Counted from the stretch's first letter, positions 41,126 through 51,922 are shown. The stretch is DNA of 64,000 bases from Nitrospirota bacterium (GCA_963754875.1 CAVWHO010000016.1:512001-576000); one strand, 5' to 3'. Program-made: numbers and translations. Notes: a model not told the origin generated them from the sequence alone.

Positions 41126-42292
41126 TTATTTTTTGTCCCGCCCCGTATGTTTCGCAAATACCATCGCGGTCGTTCGGTAGAACAGGTGTGCGAACTTAGA
41201 GTATGGAGCGTAGGCGAAGAGCGACCAGATGAACACAAGGTGCAGATAGTACACGAAGTAACCCGCGCTCATGTCGGCAAGCCGGAGCGCCCAGGACAGC
41301 ATGCCTGTGGCGCCGACGCCGATTACGATCGTGAGGAAGATCCAGTCGAAGTAGGAACCCATCCCTGCCTTGCCTGCTTTCGCCAGCCGGTTGAGCAGGA
41401 GAATCATGATGCCTGCTGCAAAAGCAACGGAGCTGATGAGCGCCAGGATCTTCACGGGATCGCTGTTCGGATAGGGAGATTCGCCGAAATGGAAGGGGCC
41501 GAAGGGCTGGATGCCCAGGAGTTCAAAACCATAGAGATAAACGATCGCCCACGTGGTCACGACAGCAAGCCCGGCGAAGGAATAAAACAGGAGCATGTGG
41601 CCCCACTGACGGGTCCGGTTCACATTACAATCTGCGAACTTCGTATGGGCCAGGATCTGGGTAACCGAGGAAATGATGTCACCGACGAGGCTGCCGCTGG
41701 ATTGCATCGCACCGGCCTGGGCCTTCATGCCGTTCCAGAGCCGTGTGATTCCCACGAAGGCAGAGGCCGCAGCAAAGATAGCCGTCAGGATAAAAACTGT
41801 ATCGATCACCGGCACGGGAACGAACTTGTGGTAGGCCATGATATTGCCTTCGGCCCTCGGTGCGGAGAAGTTTCCGTTGCCGAGCACCATGAGGATGACA
41901 TAGAAGAGCACCATGGGGATGGCGAAGAGGACCGGCAGGAGCTTTGCATCCGTCGCGATCTTCGCGAAAAAGGGCACCATGGCAACGTGCTTGATGCTTT
42001 GTTTTCTGATGGCGTTCAGCACTTCGCCGGGCTTGGCGCCGCGCGGACAATAAGCCGTACAGTCGCTGCACTGATGGCAGAGCCAGACATCGGCGCTCGT
42101 GATCAATTTGTCCTTCTGGCCCCACTGGGCGAGGACCATTTCCTTCCGCGGGAAAGGGTTCCCCTCGGGGGTCACGTTGCAGACCACCGAGCAGGTGGCA
42201 CACTGGTAGCATTTCTTGAGAGATTCGCCGCCGCCCTTAATGATCTCGTTTACAAATTGTAGATCGGGTTTGATAACCGTTGCATCTGACAT
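41126..42292 (-). CDS. qmoC: Quinone-interacting membrane oxidoreductase subunit C
   Basis: CYQCATCSVVC and CHQCSDCTAYC, heme-b TM domain, PYSKFAH; follows qmoAB. Confidence 0.93.
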   Translation of the reverse strand: MSDATVIKPDLQFVNEIIKGGGESLKKCYQCATCSVVCNVTPEGNPFPRKEMVLAQWGQKDKLITSADVWLCHQCSDCTAYCPRGAKPGEVLNAIRKQSIKHVAMVPFFAKIATDAKLLPVLFAIPMVLFYVILMVLGNGNFSAPRAEGNIMAYHKFVPVPVIDTVFILTAIFAAASAFVGITRLWNGMKAQAGAMQSSGSLVGDIISSVTQILAHTKFADCNVNRTRQWGHMLLFYSFAGLAVVTTWAIVYLYGFELLGIQPFGPFHFGESPYPNSDPVKILALISSVAFAAGIMILLLNRLAKAGKAGMGSYFDWIFLTIVIGVGATGMLSWALRLADMSAGYFVYYLHLVFIWSLFAYAPYSKFAHLFYRTTAMVFAKHTGRDKK

Positions 42293-42352
42293 AAATTCTA
42301 TCCTCCAATTACTCTGTTAGGAGTGATGTTTGTATTACATTCCACATTCGGT

Positions 42353-44587
42353 TTACATGCTCTTGAACGGGTTCGGCCCGATCGCCCTCACCTTTTCTAC
42401 AAACTCGTTGATCATATCCGGGAGCTTTTCATATTCATTGATGGCGATCTGCATCAGCTGGACACGCTCGGATTCGAGCTGGAGCCTGTTCAAGGTCTCG
42501 CTGACCTTGCTGAAGCGGGTGTTCGCGAGTTCGCTGCCCTTGACGAAGTGGCACTGGTAGTTCTCGCCGTACTTGCAGCCGAGGAGGAGCATGCCGTCGA
42601 TGCCCTTCGAAAGCGCGTCGGCCACCCAGACGAGGTTCATGCCGCCGAGACAGCGCATGGAAACAAAACGCACTGCGGGGTCGATCTTCTTCCCGGCAAT
42701 GGCCGCCGTGTCGAGCGCGGGATAGGAATCGTTCTCGCACACCAGGCAGGCGATGCGGAACGTGTCTTCATCGTCCGGGACATCGATGGACTTGAGCATG
42801 GAGCCGACGATGTCGACGCTGTAGTCTTTGAAGGACACGATGCGTTCGGGGCAGGCACCCATGCAGGTACCGCAGCGGCGGCAGCGGTTGATATTGTACT
42901 TGGGGATCCCCTTCTCGTCCTCGTCAATGGCGCCGAAGGGGCATTCTTCCGTACACCGCTTGCAGGCCGTACATTTGATGAGCATCGGATCGGGGAACGT
43001 AACGTCCCAGGCCCGTGGATGCACGGCAACGCCGCGCGCCACATGGTCCATGGCCTGGATGGCTTTGAACGCCGCGCCGGCACCGTCTTCCATGGCTTCG
43101 GCCATATTCATCGGCTGATGCACGCTTCCTGCCGCGTAGACGCCGGTCCTGCGCGTCTCGTACTGAAAGCAGATAAAGTTCGAATCGGCGAAACCGGAGG
43201 CCCCTTCGAGAGTCGGGATTTCCGGGCCCTGCCGGTAGCCGAGGTTCAGGATATACTCAGGTTTCGGCGTCTGCTCGAGGTACGCTTTCTTGGAATCGTC
43301 GCCGCCAGAGGCGGCCTTGGTCAGGCCGTCGGCGTATTCCTGGGGCCACCGAGTGGTCGGTACCATGCCCGTGGCCAGGACCACGAGGTCCGCCTCCACT
43401 TTTACTTTCTCGCCGGTCCTGGTGCCGAAGAGCGTGTTCTCCATCTCGACAAACATGTTGCCGCCCACGGCTTCTGACACGCCGGTCACATCTGCCTTGC
43501 TGAGCATCACGCCGGGATTGTTCTGTGCTTCCTTGTAGTAGAGCTCCGTCCTGCCCGGCGTCCTGATGTCCTTATAGAAGATCATGGCAAGGGCATCCGG
43601 ATTCTGCCTCACATACTGCGCCTGTTTGAGCGACGTTGCGCAGCACATGGACGAGCAATAGGGAAGATGGTTAGGATCGCGCTGGCCCGCGCACTGGATG
43701 AAGGCGACCTTCAGGGCCGGCTTGCCGTCCGACGGACGGAGCAGCTTGCCGCCGTTTTTCTTCGCGATCTCCTCGAGCTCGAAGTTCGTAACAACGTTCT
43801 TAATCCTGCCGTAGCCGAGGTAGTCGAGCTTGTTCGCATCGTAGGGCTTCGAGCCCGTGGCCATGACGATCGAGCCGATTTTTACGGTCTCGTTGTTCGA
43901 AAGCGTCACGTCGTAGAGGCCCGGCTGGCCGTCGGTCTTGGCGATTGTCGTTGACTTGTATACTTTGATATTGGGGTTGCTTTCCACTTCGTTCACGGTT
44001 TTTGCAATATCCGTGTCCACGATCAGCGGTTTGTTGAAATAGGATCCCGTCGGGATCTTTTTATAGAGTTTGTTCAAGAAGCCGCCGAGCTGGGCGTCCT
44101 TCTCGACGAGCACGACCTTCTCTCCCGCGCCTGCTGCGGAGAGCGCAGCGGTCATGCCGGCGATACCGCCTCCGATCACCAGGATCGTCTTGTTCAGGTT
44201 CGGCAGGATGTTCGGCTCCGGCAGATCGCCCTTCTGGGTCTTGACAATGCCCATGTTCAGGTAATCATAAGCAGCATCGTTCGTCGCATCGGTGTTCGGC
44301 TCCATGGTCCAGGCAACGAACTCGCGGATGTTGACGCGTTCGACGATAGCACCGGGGAAATCGAACTCTTCGTACTTGACGCGGGGAGAGCAGGCGGCAA
44401 TGATGATCGTGTTCACGCCTTCTTTCGTCATGTCGTCTTTTATCAGCTGCACACCCTCGGGACTGCACAGGGCGTCGTGGAATTTGTAATTCTGGACCTT
44501 TTTGGCCGCGCCGGCGACTTTTTCTACGTCCATCGCCTCTTTAATGCCGCACCCCTTACAGATATATACGCCGAATTTCTTCTCCAT
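42353..44587 (-). CDS. qmoB: Qmo subunit B (HdrA-like plus MvhD-like domain)
   Basis: GGGIAG, IQCAGQRD..YCSSMCC, two 4Fe-4S motifs, C-terminal CENDSY/GCKYGENYQCHF. Confidence 0.93.
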   Translation of the reverse strand: MEKKFGVYICKGCGIKEAMDVEKVAGAAKKVQNYKFHDALCSPEGVQLIKDDMTKEGVNTIIIAACSPRVKYEEFDFPGAIVERVNIREFVAWTMEPNTDATNDAAYDYLNMGIVKTQKGDLPEPNILPNLNKTILVIGGGIAGMTAALSAAGAGEKVVLVEKDAQLGGFLNKLYKKIPTGSYFNKPLIVDTDIAKTVNEVESNPNIKVYKSTTIAKTDGQPGLYDVTLSNNETVKIGSIVMATGSKPYDANKLDYLGYGRIKNVVTNFELEEIAKKNGGKLLRPSDGKPALKVAFIQCAGQRDPNHLPYCSSMCCATSLKQAQYVRQNPDALAMIFYKDIRTPGRTELYYKEAQNNPGVMLSKADVTGVSEAVGGNMFVEMENTLFGTRTGEKVKVEADLVVLATGMVPTTRWPQEYADGLTKAASGGDDSKKAYLEQTPKPEYILNLGYRQGPEIPTLEGASGFADSNFICFQYETRRTGVYAAGSVHQPMNMAEAMEDGAGAAFKAIQAMDHVARGVAVHPRAWDVTFPDPMLIKCTACKRCTEECPFGAIDEDEKGIPKYNINRCRRCGTCMGACPERIVSFKDYSVDIVGSMLKSIDVPDDEDTFRIACLVCENDSYPALDTAAIAGKKIDPAVRFVSMRCLGGMNLVWVADALSKGIDGMLLLGCKYGENYQCHFVKGSELANTRFSKVSETLNRLQLESERVQLMQIAINEYEKLPDMINEFVEKVRAIGPNPFKSM

Positions 44588-44589
44588 CC

Positions 44590-45840
44590 TTATTTCCTCC
44601 TCAAGCTCTGGATGCTCTTCATGACTACGCCGGTAGCATCCTGCGCTGACCGCGCAACGTCAACAGGGGTCTTGAGCGTCCCCGTCGCATAAATGCCCTT
44701 CGGGAGCGTTGCCTGGTCCACGAACCCGTCTTCGGTCGGCGTAATTCCCGCACCCTTGAAGGACTCTGTCGAAGGCTGCATGCCGGTGGCGAGCACGACC
44801 ATTTCGAAAGTCTCGGTTATCTTGCCGCCGCCGTGGATGTCCTCGGCAGTGACCTTCACGTCGCCGTTCTCTGCCTGCTCCACCTTGGCGACCTTACCCT
44901 TGAGAAAGGACACGTTCTGGTCTTCCTTGATCTTGGCATAAAACCGGTTCTCATAGAGCCCGGGGGTGCGCATGTCAATATAGAAGATCTTTGCCTTTGA
45001 GTCGGGATAGAGCTCGCGAACATACGTCGCCTGCTTGATCGAGGCCAGGCAGCAGATGTAGGAGCAATGGGCCAGATGGTTCTCGTCGCGAGAGCCCGCG
45101 CACTGCACGAAAGCGATGTTCTTGACTTCCTTGCCATCAGAGGGCCGAACGATCTTGCCGCGCGTTGGCCCGTTGGGAGCAGCCAGCCGCTCCATCATCA
45201 TGTTCGTCACAACGTTCTGGACCTTGCCGAATCCGAGGTTGTCCATCCTGGCGGCATCATAGGGGTTCCAGCCCGTGGCCATGACCACGGCGCCGACCTT
45301 CACATTTACGGTCTCCGGCTTCATGTTCAGGTGAATCGCATCGTATTTGCACGCCTCAACGCACTTTGCGCAGGAAGCGCCTTTACAGGTCTTCTCGTCG
45401 ATGACGTACTTGAGCGGGAAGGCCTGGTTATGGGGGAGATAGGCCGACTTGGTGGTGCTCATGCCGAAATCGAAATCATTTTTGCGCTCCACCGGGCAGG
45501 CTTCGGAGCACTTGTTGCAGCCCGTACATTTATCGTTCACAAACCGGGGTTTGATCTTGATGGTTACGTCGAAATTGCCCTCGGAACCGGAAACCTTCTC
45601 CACTTCGGCCATGGTGTAGATGGTCACATTGCCGTTGTTTTTGATGCGCTTATACTGGATCTCCAAACCGCAATTCGGGGGGCAGAGTTTCCAGAAGTAC
45701 TTATTCAGCTGCGTCACCCTGCCGCCAAGATAGGGGTTCTTTTCCACGAGAATGACCTCGGTGCCTGCTTCCGCGGCTTCCACTGCTGCCGTGAGGCCGC
45801 TGAAGCCTCCGCCGACAATCAACATCTTTTTTTCCGCCAT
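44590..45840 (-). CDS. qmoA: Qmo subunit A (HdrA-like flavoprotein)
   Basis: VGGGFSG, KLCPPNCG, QCAGSRD..CSYICC. Confidence 0.93.
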   Translation of the reverse strand: MAEKKMLIVGGGFSGLTAAVEAAEAGTEVILVEKNPYLGGRVTQLNKYFWKLCPPNCGLEIQYKRIKNNGNVTIYTMAEVEKVSGSEGNFDVTIKIKPRFVNDKCTGCNKCSEACPVERKNDFDFGMSTTKSAYLPHNQAFPLKYVIDEKTCKGASCAKCVEACKYDAIHLNMKPETVNVKVGAVVMATGWNPYDAARMDNLGFGKVQNVVTNMMMERLAAPNGPTRGKIVRPSDGKEVKNIAFVQCAGSRDENHLAHCSYICCLASIKQATYVRELYPDSKAKIFYIDMRTPGLYENRFYAKIKEDQNVSFLKGKVAKVEQAENGDVKVTAEDIHGGGKITETFEMVVLATGMQPSTESFKGAGITPTEDGFVDQATLPKGIYATGTLKTPVDVARSAQDATGVVMKSIQSLRRK

Positions 45841-45879
45841 GGTATCTTATTCCTCCTTAAGGCAGTACCCACATCACTG

Positions 45880-45984
45880 ATTGCAAAATGCAGATTGGAA
45901 ATTGGAAATTTAAAATTTTAGCGCTGATGAAACAGGCTGGTCATTCAGATTAGAATTTAAAATTTACAATCTTCAATTTCCAAT
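45880..45984. repeat. AT-rich 7-nt-periodic repeats forming an imperfect inverted repeat
   Basis: ATTGCAA AATGCAG ATTGGAA ATTGGAA ATTTAAA ... TTTAAAA TTTACAA TCTTCAA TTTCCAAT. Confidence 0.65.
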
Positions 45985-46018
45985 AAAATCTCCGGGAAGG
46001 GCAAAGCCCTCCCCGGAG
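45983..46018 (-). terminator. Hairpin/terminator between aprA and qmoA
   Basis: CTCCGGGAAGGGC-AAA-GCCCTCCCCGGAG, followed on the minus strand by ATTTTATT. Confidence 0.7.
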
Positions 46019-46030
46019 TTGTGAATGTTC

Positions 46031-48049
46031 TTAATGACCAGAGCCATCCGGAACGAGCTGTACGTAGGGGACCTTCTTGACTTCCCAGGTGTCTTTCTCG
46101 ATGTCATACTTGGAGTTCACGAAAGCCTTCCAGTTGGTGTCGTCGACGAGATCGAAATCGCCGCGATAGTAGTAGCCGGGATACCGTGATTCTTCCCGGA
46201 ACAGGATGTGGCGTGCATGGGCCTCCACGGAGAGGATGCGGTGATAGTTCTCCCAGCAGCGCATCAGCTCGTGCAGGTTGCTCGCGGCCATCTTGCTCGT
46301 GTCTTCCTTCAGCATCTGGAGCTGTCTCAGACCCTCGTCGAGCATGGTCTTGGAGGTCATGTACCAGGTCGAAATGCCGCCAAAGTACTCGTCGGAGATC
46401 TTCTGCAGACGGGTCTGGAGCATCTTCGGCTTGATGTAGTTCGGGTTGATCTCTGGCGCCGTAGTGAAGGTCTTATGCTTCTCGTAGACCTCAAAGGGCA
46501 GATAGAGTTCGGCTGCCAGGTGGTCCGCCGTCTCTTTGATGGTCGGCGTGTAGTTCGGGTGGTCGAGGATGAACGCGATCGCGTTCTTTGCCGCAATACG
46601 TCCCTCTGCGTGCGAGCCTGAGGAGAACTTGTGGCCCGAGGCACCGCAGATGTCGCCGCACATGAACAGGCCGTTCACGGTCGACATGCGGTTGTAGCCC
46701 CAATGCCATTCCTTCGGCGCGCCGAGGTCATCGGGACCGGAGCACCAGAAGCCCGCGCAACCGGCATGCGAGCCGAGGAGATAAGGCTCGGTCGGCATAA
46801 TTTCTGACGGGATCTTGTCCGGCTCGACGTTCTTCGCGGCCCAGAGTCCTGCCTGGCCTATGGCCATATCGAGGAAGTCTTCCCAAGCTTCAGCCTCGAG
46901 GTGCTTCACTTTCTTGGCGCCCTCTTTATCACCGAGCTTTTCCTTGAAGTTCTTATTGATTGCAGCCATTGCTTCATCCGTCCTCATGAGGATCGGGCCT
47001 TTGCCCAGTTTCATGTCGCGCATCATGAGGTGGTTTCTGATGGCCGTGCCGAGGTTATCGACATACTTGCCGTATTTCGCTTTGGCTTCTGCCAGCGCGT
47101 CAGCCTTTGCGCAATAGTCCTCACCGAGACTGTTGGTCGCCTTGGCCTTGAAGAACAGGAACCAGGCGCCCACCGGGCCGTAACCGTCCTTGAAACGGGC
47201 GGGCACGAAGCGGTTTTCCATCATGGTGAGCTCTGCACCGGCCTGCAGGCCGAGAGCGTAGCCGGAACCGGAGTTCCACACCGGATACCATGCGCGGCCC
47301 TGACCTTCCTGGGTCGACCGGGGACGGAACACGTTCACCGCGCCGCCGGCTGCCAGCACCATGGCCTTGGCTTTGAACACATAGATTTTGTTCTCACGAA
47401 CGCTGAAGCCGGCCGCTGCTGCTACGCGATTCGGCTCCTTGGCATCCTTGTAGAGCTTCACGATGAACACGCGCTCGTAGTGGTTTGTCTTTTCGCCGGT
47501 GGCGGCACGGTTGGCCTCAAGTGCCTTCTTTGCGGCTTCCGCAACGATGACCTTGTAGGATTCGCCGTTGATCATGATCTGCCACTTGCCGGACCGGACC
47601 GGCTTGCCGCCGTCCTTCAGCATGGCCTTTCCTGCTTCCTTTGCCTGGAACCCGTCGAGGGAGAAGCCATCATCGCCCACTTTCCAGATCGGAAGGCCCC
47701 ACTCCTCGAAGAGCTGCACGGAATCATCGACGTGACGGCCGAGGTCATAAACCAGGTCCTCGCGGATGATGCCCATGAGGTCGTTGCGAACCATCTTCAC
47801 GTAGTCCGCCGGATCGTTCTCACCCATGTAGGTGTTGATGGCCGACAGACCCATGGCAACGGCGCCGGACCTGTCGGTCGCGGCCTTGTCCACCATAGTG
47901 ATCTTTATTTTCTTGGGGTTTGCCCAGCGTGCGCCTTCAAATGCCGCGCCGCAGCAGGCCATACCGCCGCCGATGAGGAGGAGATCGGTCGATACTTCTT
48001 CAATCGTCGGTTTCTTGCAGAATGAAAATGTACAGGTCTCTTTTTCCAT
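46031..48049 (-). CDS. aprA: Adenylylsulfate reductase alpha subunit
   Basis: RSGAVAMGLSAINTY, WQIMINGESYK, RFKDGYGPVGAW, GHKFSSGS, ESRYPG. Confidence 0.97.
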   Translation of the reverse strand: MEKETCTFSFCKKPTIEEVSTDLLLIGGGMACCGAAFEGARWANPKKIKITMVDKAATDRSGAVAMGLSAINTYMGENDPADYVKMVRNDLMGIIREDLVYDLGRHVDDSVQLFEEWGLPIWKVGDDGFSLDGFQAKEAGKAMLKDGGKPVRSGKWQIMINGESYKVIVAEAAKKALEANRAATGEKTNHYERVFIVKLYKDAKEPNRVAAAAGFSVRENKIYVFKAKAMVLAAGGAVNVFRPRSTQEGQGRAWYPVWNSGSGYALGLQAGAELTMMENRFVPARFKDGYGPVGAWFLFFKAKATNSLGEDYCAKADALAEAKAKYGKYVDNLGTAIRNHLMMRDMKLGKGPILMRTDEAMAAINKNFKEKLGDKEGAKKVKHLEAEAWEDFLDMAIGQAGLWAAKNVEPDKIPSEIMPTEPYLLGSHAGCAGFWCSGPDDLGAPKEWHWGYNRMSTVNGLFMCGDICGASGHKFSSGSHAEGRIAAKNAIAFILDHPNYTPTIKETADHLAAELYLPFEVYEKHKTFTTAPEINPNYIKPKMLQTRLQKISDEYFGGISTWYMTSKTMLDEGLRQLQMLKEDTSKMAASNLHELMRCWENYHRILSVEAHARHILFREESRYPGYYYRGDFDLVDDTNWKAFVNSKYDIEKDTWEVKKVPYVQLVPDGSGH

Positions 48050-48062
48050 TAGTCGTTCCTCC

Positions 48063-48503
48063 TTATTTCTTGATTACCGGCATGGTCTTGCCAGCGCCCT
48101 GATGGGTGAAGTAGCCGGGCTTCTTGATATTCGCATGATTCGCTTCAGGCTTGCCCTTGTAGGGATCGACCGAGCCTTCAGCCGTGGTCCTGATCGGGAA
48201 CTTGAACCGCTTGAGGATCCCGTTCCGGAACTTGATGGTCCACATAATAGAGTCCGTACCCCTCATCGGGATCACGTTCGCACCCAGGGGGGCGAAATCC
48301 TGGTAGGCCCGGACCTCGATCGCCTGCTGCGGGCAGATCTTCACGCAATTGTAGCACTCCCAGCACTGATCGGGCTCCTGGTTGTAGGCCTTCATGAGAT
48401 CCCTGTTCAGGGTCATGAGGTCATTCGGGCAGATATACTGGCAAGCAGTCTTATCTTGCGCCTTGCAACCGTCACACTTCTCTGTAATCACATAACTCGG
48501 CAT
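48063..48503 (-). CDS. aprB: Adenylylsulfate reductase beta subunit
   Basis: CDGCK..ACQYICP, CWECYNCVKICP, KRFKFPIRTT. Confidence 0.97.
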   Translation of the reverse strand: MPSYVITEKCDGCKAQDKTACQYICPNDLMTLNRDLMKAYNQEPDQCWECYNCVKICPQQAIEVRAYQDFAPLGANVIPMRGTDSIMWTIKFRNGILKRFKFPIRTTAEGSVDPYKGKPEANHANIKKPGYFTHQGAGKTMPVIKK

Positions 48504-48569
48504 GTTTCTGAACCTCCTATCTGTAGAATGTATTAAACTGCTTTTGCAGTTGTACGCACTTCGGGACTA

Positions 48570-49811
48570 CTATCTTTTTTCCGTATGAGTGCCCTCGGCA
48601 TGGCCGTGGAGCTTGATCTCCACCTTCTCGGTGAGGCCGGCATAGTATTTCTTGAGGATCTCGAGCACTTCGGGACGGCTGAAATGATCGGGCACGTTCT
48701 CGCCCTCGGAGAGCATCTTCCGGAGCTTGGTGCCGGAGAGCATGAGCCGGTCTTCCTTGCCGTGGGGGCAAGTCCTCATGGAGGCCATGCCGTCGCACTT
48801 GAAACAATAGAACGTATGGTCGATCTTGAGCGGCTGGGTTTCGAGCGAGCCCTTCGGGATCTCGTCGAAGATTTTCTGTGCATCGAAGGGGCCGTAGTAG
48901 TCGCCCACGCCGGCATGGTCACGGCCGACAATCAGGTGGCTGCAGCCGAAATTCTGCCGGAACAAGGCATGCAGGAGCGCTTCACGCGGACCGGCATAAC
49001 GCATTTCCATGGGGTAGCCGCACTGGATGGCGGAGTCTTTCACGAAGTATTTCTCCATGAGCGTATCGATGGCGTTGGCGCGGACATCGGCCGGGATATC
49101 GCCCTCTTTGAGCTTGCCCAGGATCTGGTGGATCAGGACGCCGTCCATGGTCTCGATGGCGATCTTGGCGAGGTACTCGTGCGAGCGGTGCATGGGGTTC
49201 CGGGTCTGGAATGCCGCAATCGTGCTCCACCCCTTCTCCTCGAACATCTTCCGGGTCTGTGCCGGGGTCATGTAGATGCCCTTGAACGTCTCGGGGAAGT
49301 GGGCCTCGGACAGAACCTTTACCGGACCGGCCAGGTTATAATCAGGCTGATTCATGACCTTCTGCACGCCCGGGTGGCCTGCAACATCCACCGTACGGAA
49401 GATCTGCTTGCACTCATGCTCCTTGTCGGCCTTGGTCATGGCATACTTCTCGGTCACCTTCATGGTGGCCATGATCGTGCCCGACTCTTCATCAACGAGG
49501 GTGATCTCTTCGTTCTTTTTGAGCGAGCCGGCGAACTCCGCGTTTGCCGAGAGCGTCACCGGGACGGGCCAGAACGTGCCGTCAGCCAGCTTGTACTTGT
49601 CGCAGACGCCCTTCCAGTCCTTCTTCGTCATGAAACCCGTGAGCGGGGTGAATGCGCCGATACCCATCATCACGAGGTCTGCGGTCTCGCGCGAGGATAT
49701 CTTGAGCTGCTTCAGCTTTGCGGACTTCTTGAGCTCTTTCTGAAGGGCTCCGCCGGCGAGAAGAAGCGGCATGAGCTTCTTCTTTTTACCATGAGGTTTT
49801 ACCAGTGCCAT
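48570..49811 (-). CDS. sat: Sulfate adenylyltransferase
   Basis: [36 protein letters not shown]. Confidence 0.97.
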   Translation of the reverse strand: MALVKPHGKKKKLMPLLLAGGALQKELKKSAKLKQLKISSRETADLVMMGIGAFTPLTGFMTKKDWKGVCDKYKLADGTFWPVPVTLSANAEFAGSLKKNEEITLVDEESGTIMATMKVTEKYAMTKADKEHECKQIFRTVDVAGHPGVQKVMNQPDYNLAGPVKVLSEAHFPETFKGIYMTPAQTRKMFEEKGWSTIAAFQTRNPMHRSHEYLAKIAIETMDGVLIHQILGKLKEGDIPADVRANAIDTLMEKYFVKDSAIQCGYPMEMRYAGPREALLHALFRQNFGCSHLIVGRDHAGVGDYYGPFDAQKIFDEIPKGSLETQPLKIDHTFYCFKCDGMASMRTCPHGKEDRLMLSGTKLRKMLSEGENVPDHFSRPEVLEILKKYYAGLTEKVEIKLHGHAEGTHTEKR

Positions 49812-49884
49812 AACATGTTCCTCCTTAAAAAGAATTTAAATTTTGAATAGGTCCAATAGGTCGTAGAGGACCTATGATGATCCT

Positions 49885-50532
49885 TTATCCGAGAACAGCC
49901 GTCACTTTATGGAAAATATCGTTGATGCTGCCCACGCCCATGACGGTCTTCATGATGCTTTTTTTGGAGTAATAATCGATGAGCGGCGCGGTCTGCTGGG
50001 TGTACACTTCGAGCCGTTTTTTGATCGTCGCTTCCTTGTCATCGTCGCGCTGGAAGAGCTGGCCGCCGCACTTGTCGCAGGTCCCTTCTTTTTTCGGAGC
50101 TGAGAAATAAATATTGTACATCTGCTGGCAGCCTTTGCAGGTCCTGCGGCCGGTGAGGCGCTTCAGGAGGTCGTTCATATCAACATCGATGTTAAGAGCA
50201 ATGGTGAGGGGGGCACCCATGCCGGAGAGTATCTTGTCGAGTGCCTCGGCCTGGGCAGTGTTCCGCGGGAATCCGTCGAGGATAAAGCCGCCCTTGCAGT
50301 CAGGCTGTTTGATACGTTCTTCGACCAGGCCGAGAACGATCTTGTCCGACACGAGCCCGCCGGAGTCCATGATCACTTTTGCCTCTTTGCCGAGCGGTGT
50401 GCCGTCGGCTACTGCTTTGCGAAGGATATCGCCCGTGGAAATTTGCGGAATCTTGTACTTCTCGATCAACATCTTCGCTTGCGTGCCTTTACCGGCTCCG
50501 GGAGCTCCGAGCAGCACAACCCTCTTGGCCAT
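49885..50532 (-). CDS. adk: Adenylate kinase (Zn-lid)
   Basis: GAPGAGKGTQ, STGDILR, LDGFPR, CxxC..CxxC lid, QRDDD. Confidence 0.96.
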   Translation of the reverse strand: MAKRVVLLGAPGAGKGTQAKMLIEKYKIPQISTGDILRKAVADGTPLGKEAKVIMDSGGLVSDKIVLGLVEERIKQPDCKGGFILDGFPRNTAQAEALDKILSGMGAPLTIALNIDVDMNDLLKRLTGRRTCKGCQQMYNIYFSAPKKEGTCDKCGGQLFQRDDDKEATIKKRLEVYTQQTAPLIDYYSKKSIMKTVMGVGSINDIFHKVTAVLG

Positions 50533-50690
50533 GGGGATAGTTCCTCCGTAGTTTAAAATATTTTAAGAATACACTGTTGAAGAAAGACTGCGGGCGCAAA
50601 TAAACCTTTCCCACGATTTAACCGGAGCTATATTCGTTTAAATCGGGTCAACTTTCAAGTTAATAATTATAATTTAAATATTAGTTTTGT

Positions 50691-51287
50691 TTATAAATGG
50701 AGGTGTGAATGGAGGAATTCGGCTAGTTTTTCAAGAGCTTTACCCCTGTGGCTAAGGCTGTCCTTCTCTTCGCCGGTCATCTCGGCAAAGGTGTTTTTTT
50801 TGTTCTCCGGGATAAAGACCGGATCATACCCGAAACCGGTTTTCCCCTTTGGTTCATGGGCGATGCAACCTTTTGCATATCCGGTAAAAGTTTTTGTCGC
50901 GCCACCAGGAAAGGCGAGGGCCATGCAACAAACGAACTGGGCCCGTCTTTTTTCGTCCGGAACGTTCTTGAGTTCGGTAAGCAGTTTTTCATAGTTTTTG
51001 ACATCGTTACCGCTGCCGCCTGCATAGCGGGCTGAGTAGACCCCCGGTGCGCCGTTTAAGGCATCGACTTCAAGGCCCGAGTCATCGGCAAGGGCGGCTT
51101 TGCCTGTACACTGGCAAACTTCAACGGCTTTTTTGACTGCATTTCCTTCAAAGGTGTCTCTGTCCTCGACGGTCTCCGGACAATCGGGGAAATTGTCGAG
51201 CGAGAGAATAGTGATGGGAAGACCAGCGGTGATCCGCTTGATCTCTTCGATCTTTTTTTTATTGCGAGTGGCGAGAACGATTTCCAT
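50691..51287 (-). CDS. rdgB: dITP/XTP pyrophosphatase
   Basis: [32 protein letters not shown]. Confidence 0.94.
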   Translation of the reverse strand: MEIVLATRNKKKIEEIKRITAGLPITILSLDNFPDCPETVEDRDTFEGNAVKKAVEVCQCTGKAALADDSGLEVDALNGAPGVYSARYAGGSGNDVKNYEKLLTELKNVPDEKRRAQFVCCMALAFPGGATKTFTGYAKGCIAHEPKGKTGFGYDPVFIPENKKNTFAEMTGEEKDSLSHRGKALEKLAEFLHSHLHL

Positions 51288-51475
51288 GGAATGAGTTATT
51301 TCCCTATCCCTGTCTATTGATGACTTTCTCGGAGTCGCGGAGACGCTACCCTATCATAAAAAATGAGGATTTGCAATGGAAGCAATACTATGCAGCACAG
51401 AATGTGCTTTGGCTTCTTAAACATCTTCACACGGCAATACCCATGCGGCGCTGTCGGCGCTCAGGAGCGAAACCT

Positions 51476-51922
51476 TCAGGGCCCTTCCTTCCCGATATCT
51501 TCGAACCAGAGCTCCGGTTCGGTCTGGATAAATTCCATCATAAGCATCATGCACCGCGTGTCCTGCCGTACTTCGACTGAGACACCTCGGCTTTTGAGCA
51601 GGGCTTCTTCACCCTTGAAGGACATGTTTTCTCCGATGACCACGCGCGGAATACCGTACAGCAGGATCGCTCCAGTGCACATGGAGCAGGGCGACAAGGT
51701 CGTATAGAGCGTCGAGTCGCGATAGATGGCCGGCAAGAGCCGCCCTGCATTTTCGAGGGCATCCATCTCTGCGTGGAGGATCGCACTTTCCTTTTGCACT
51801 CGTCGGTTATGGCCTCGGCCGAGGATTTGGCCTTTGTAGACAAGGACCGAACCGATTGGGATGCCCCCCTCACTCTTTCCGGCTTCGGCCTCTTCTATCG
51901 CTGCTGCCATGAACTCGTCCAT
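51476..51922 (-). CDS. Nucleoside/cytosine deaminase
   Basis: HAE, LSPCSMC, WFEDIG. Confidence 0.9.
   Translation of the reverse strand: MDEFMAAAIEEAEAGKSEGGIPIGSVLVYKGQILGRGHNRRVQKESAILHAEMDALENAGRLLPAIYRDSTLYTTLSPCSMCTGAILLYGIPRVVIGENMSFKGEEALLKSRGVSVEVRQDTRCMMLMMEFIQTEPELWFEDIGKEGP

Noticed and set aside
38999..49850. Long plus-strand ORFs (38999, 41147, 42323, 45067, 46901, 48585)
   Set aside because: Shadow ORFs opposite strongly codon-biased hppA, qmo, apr and sat genes.
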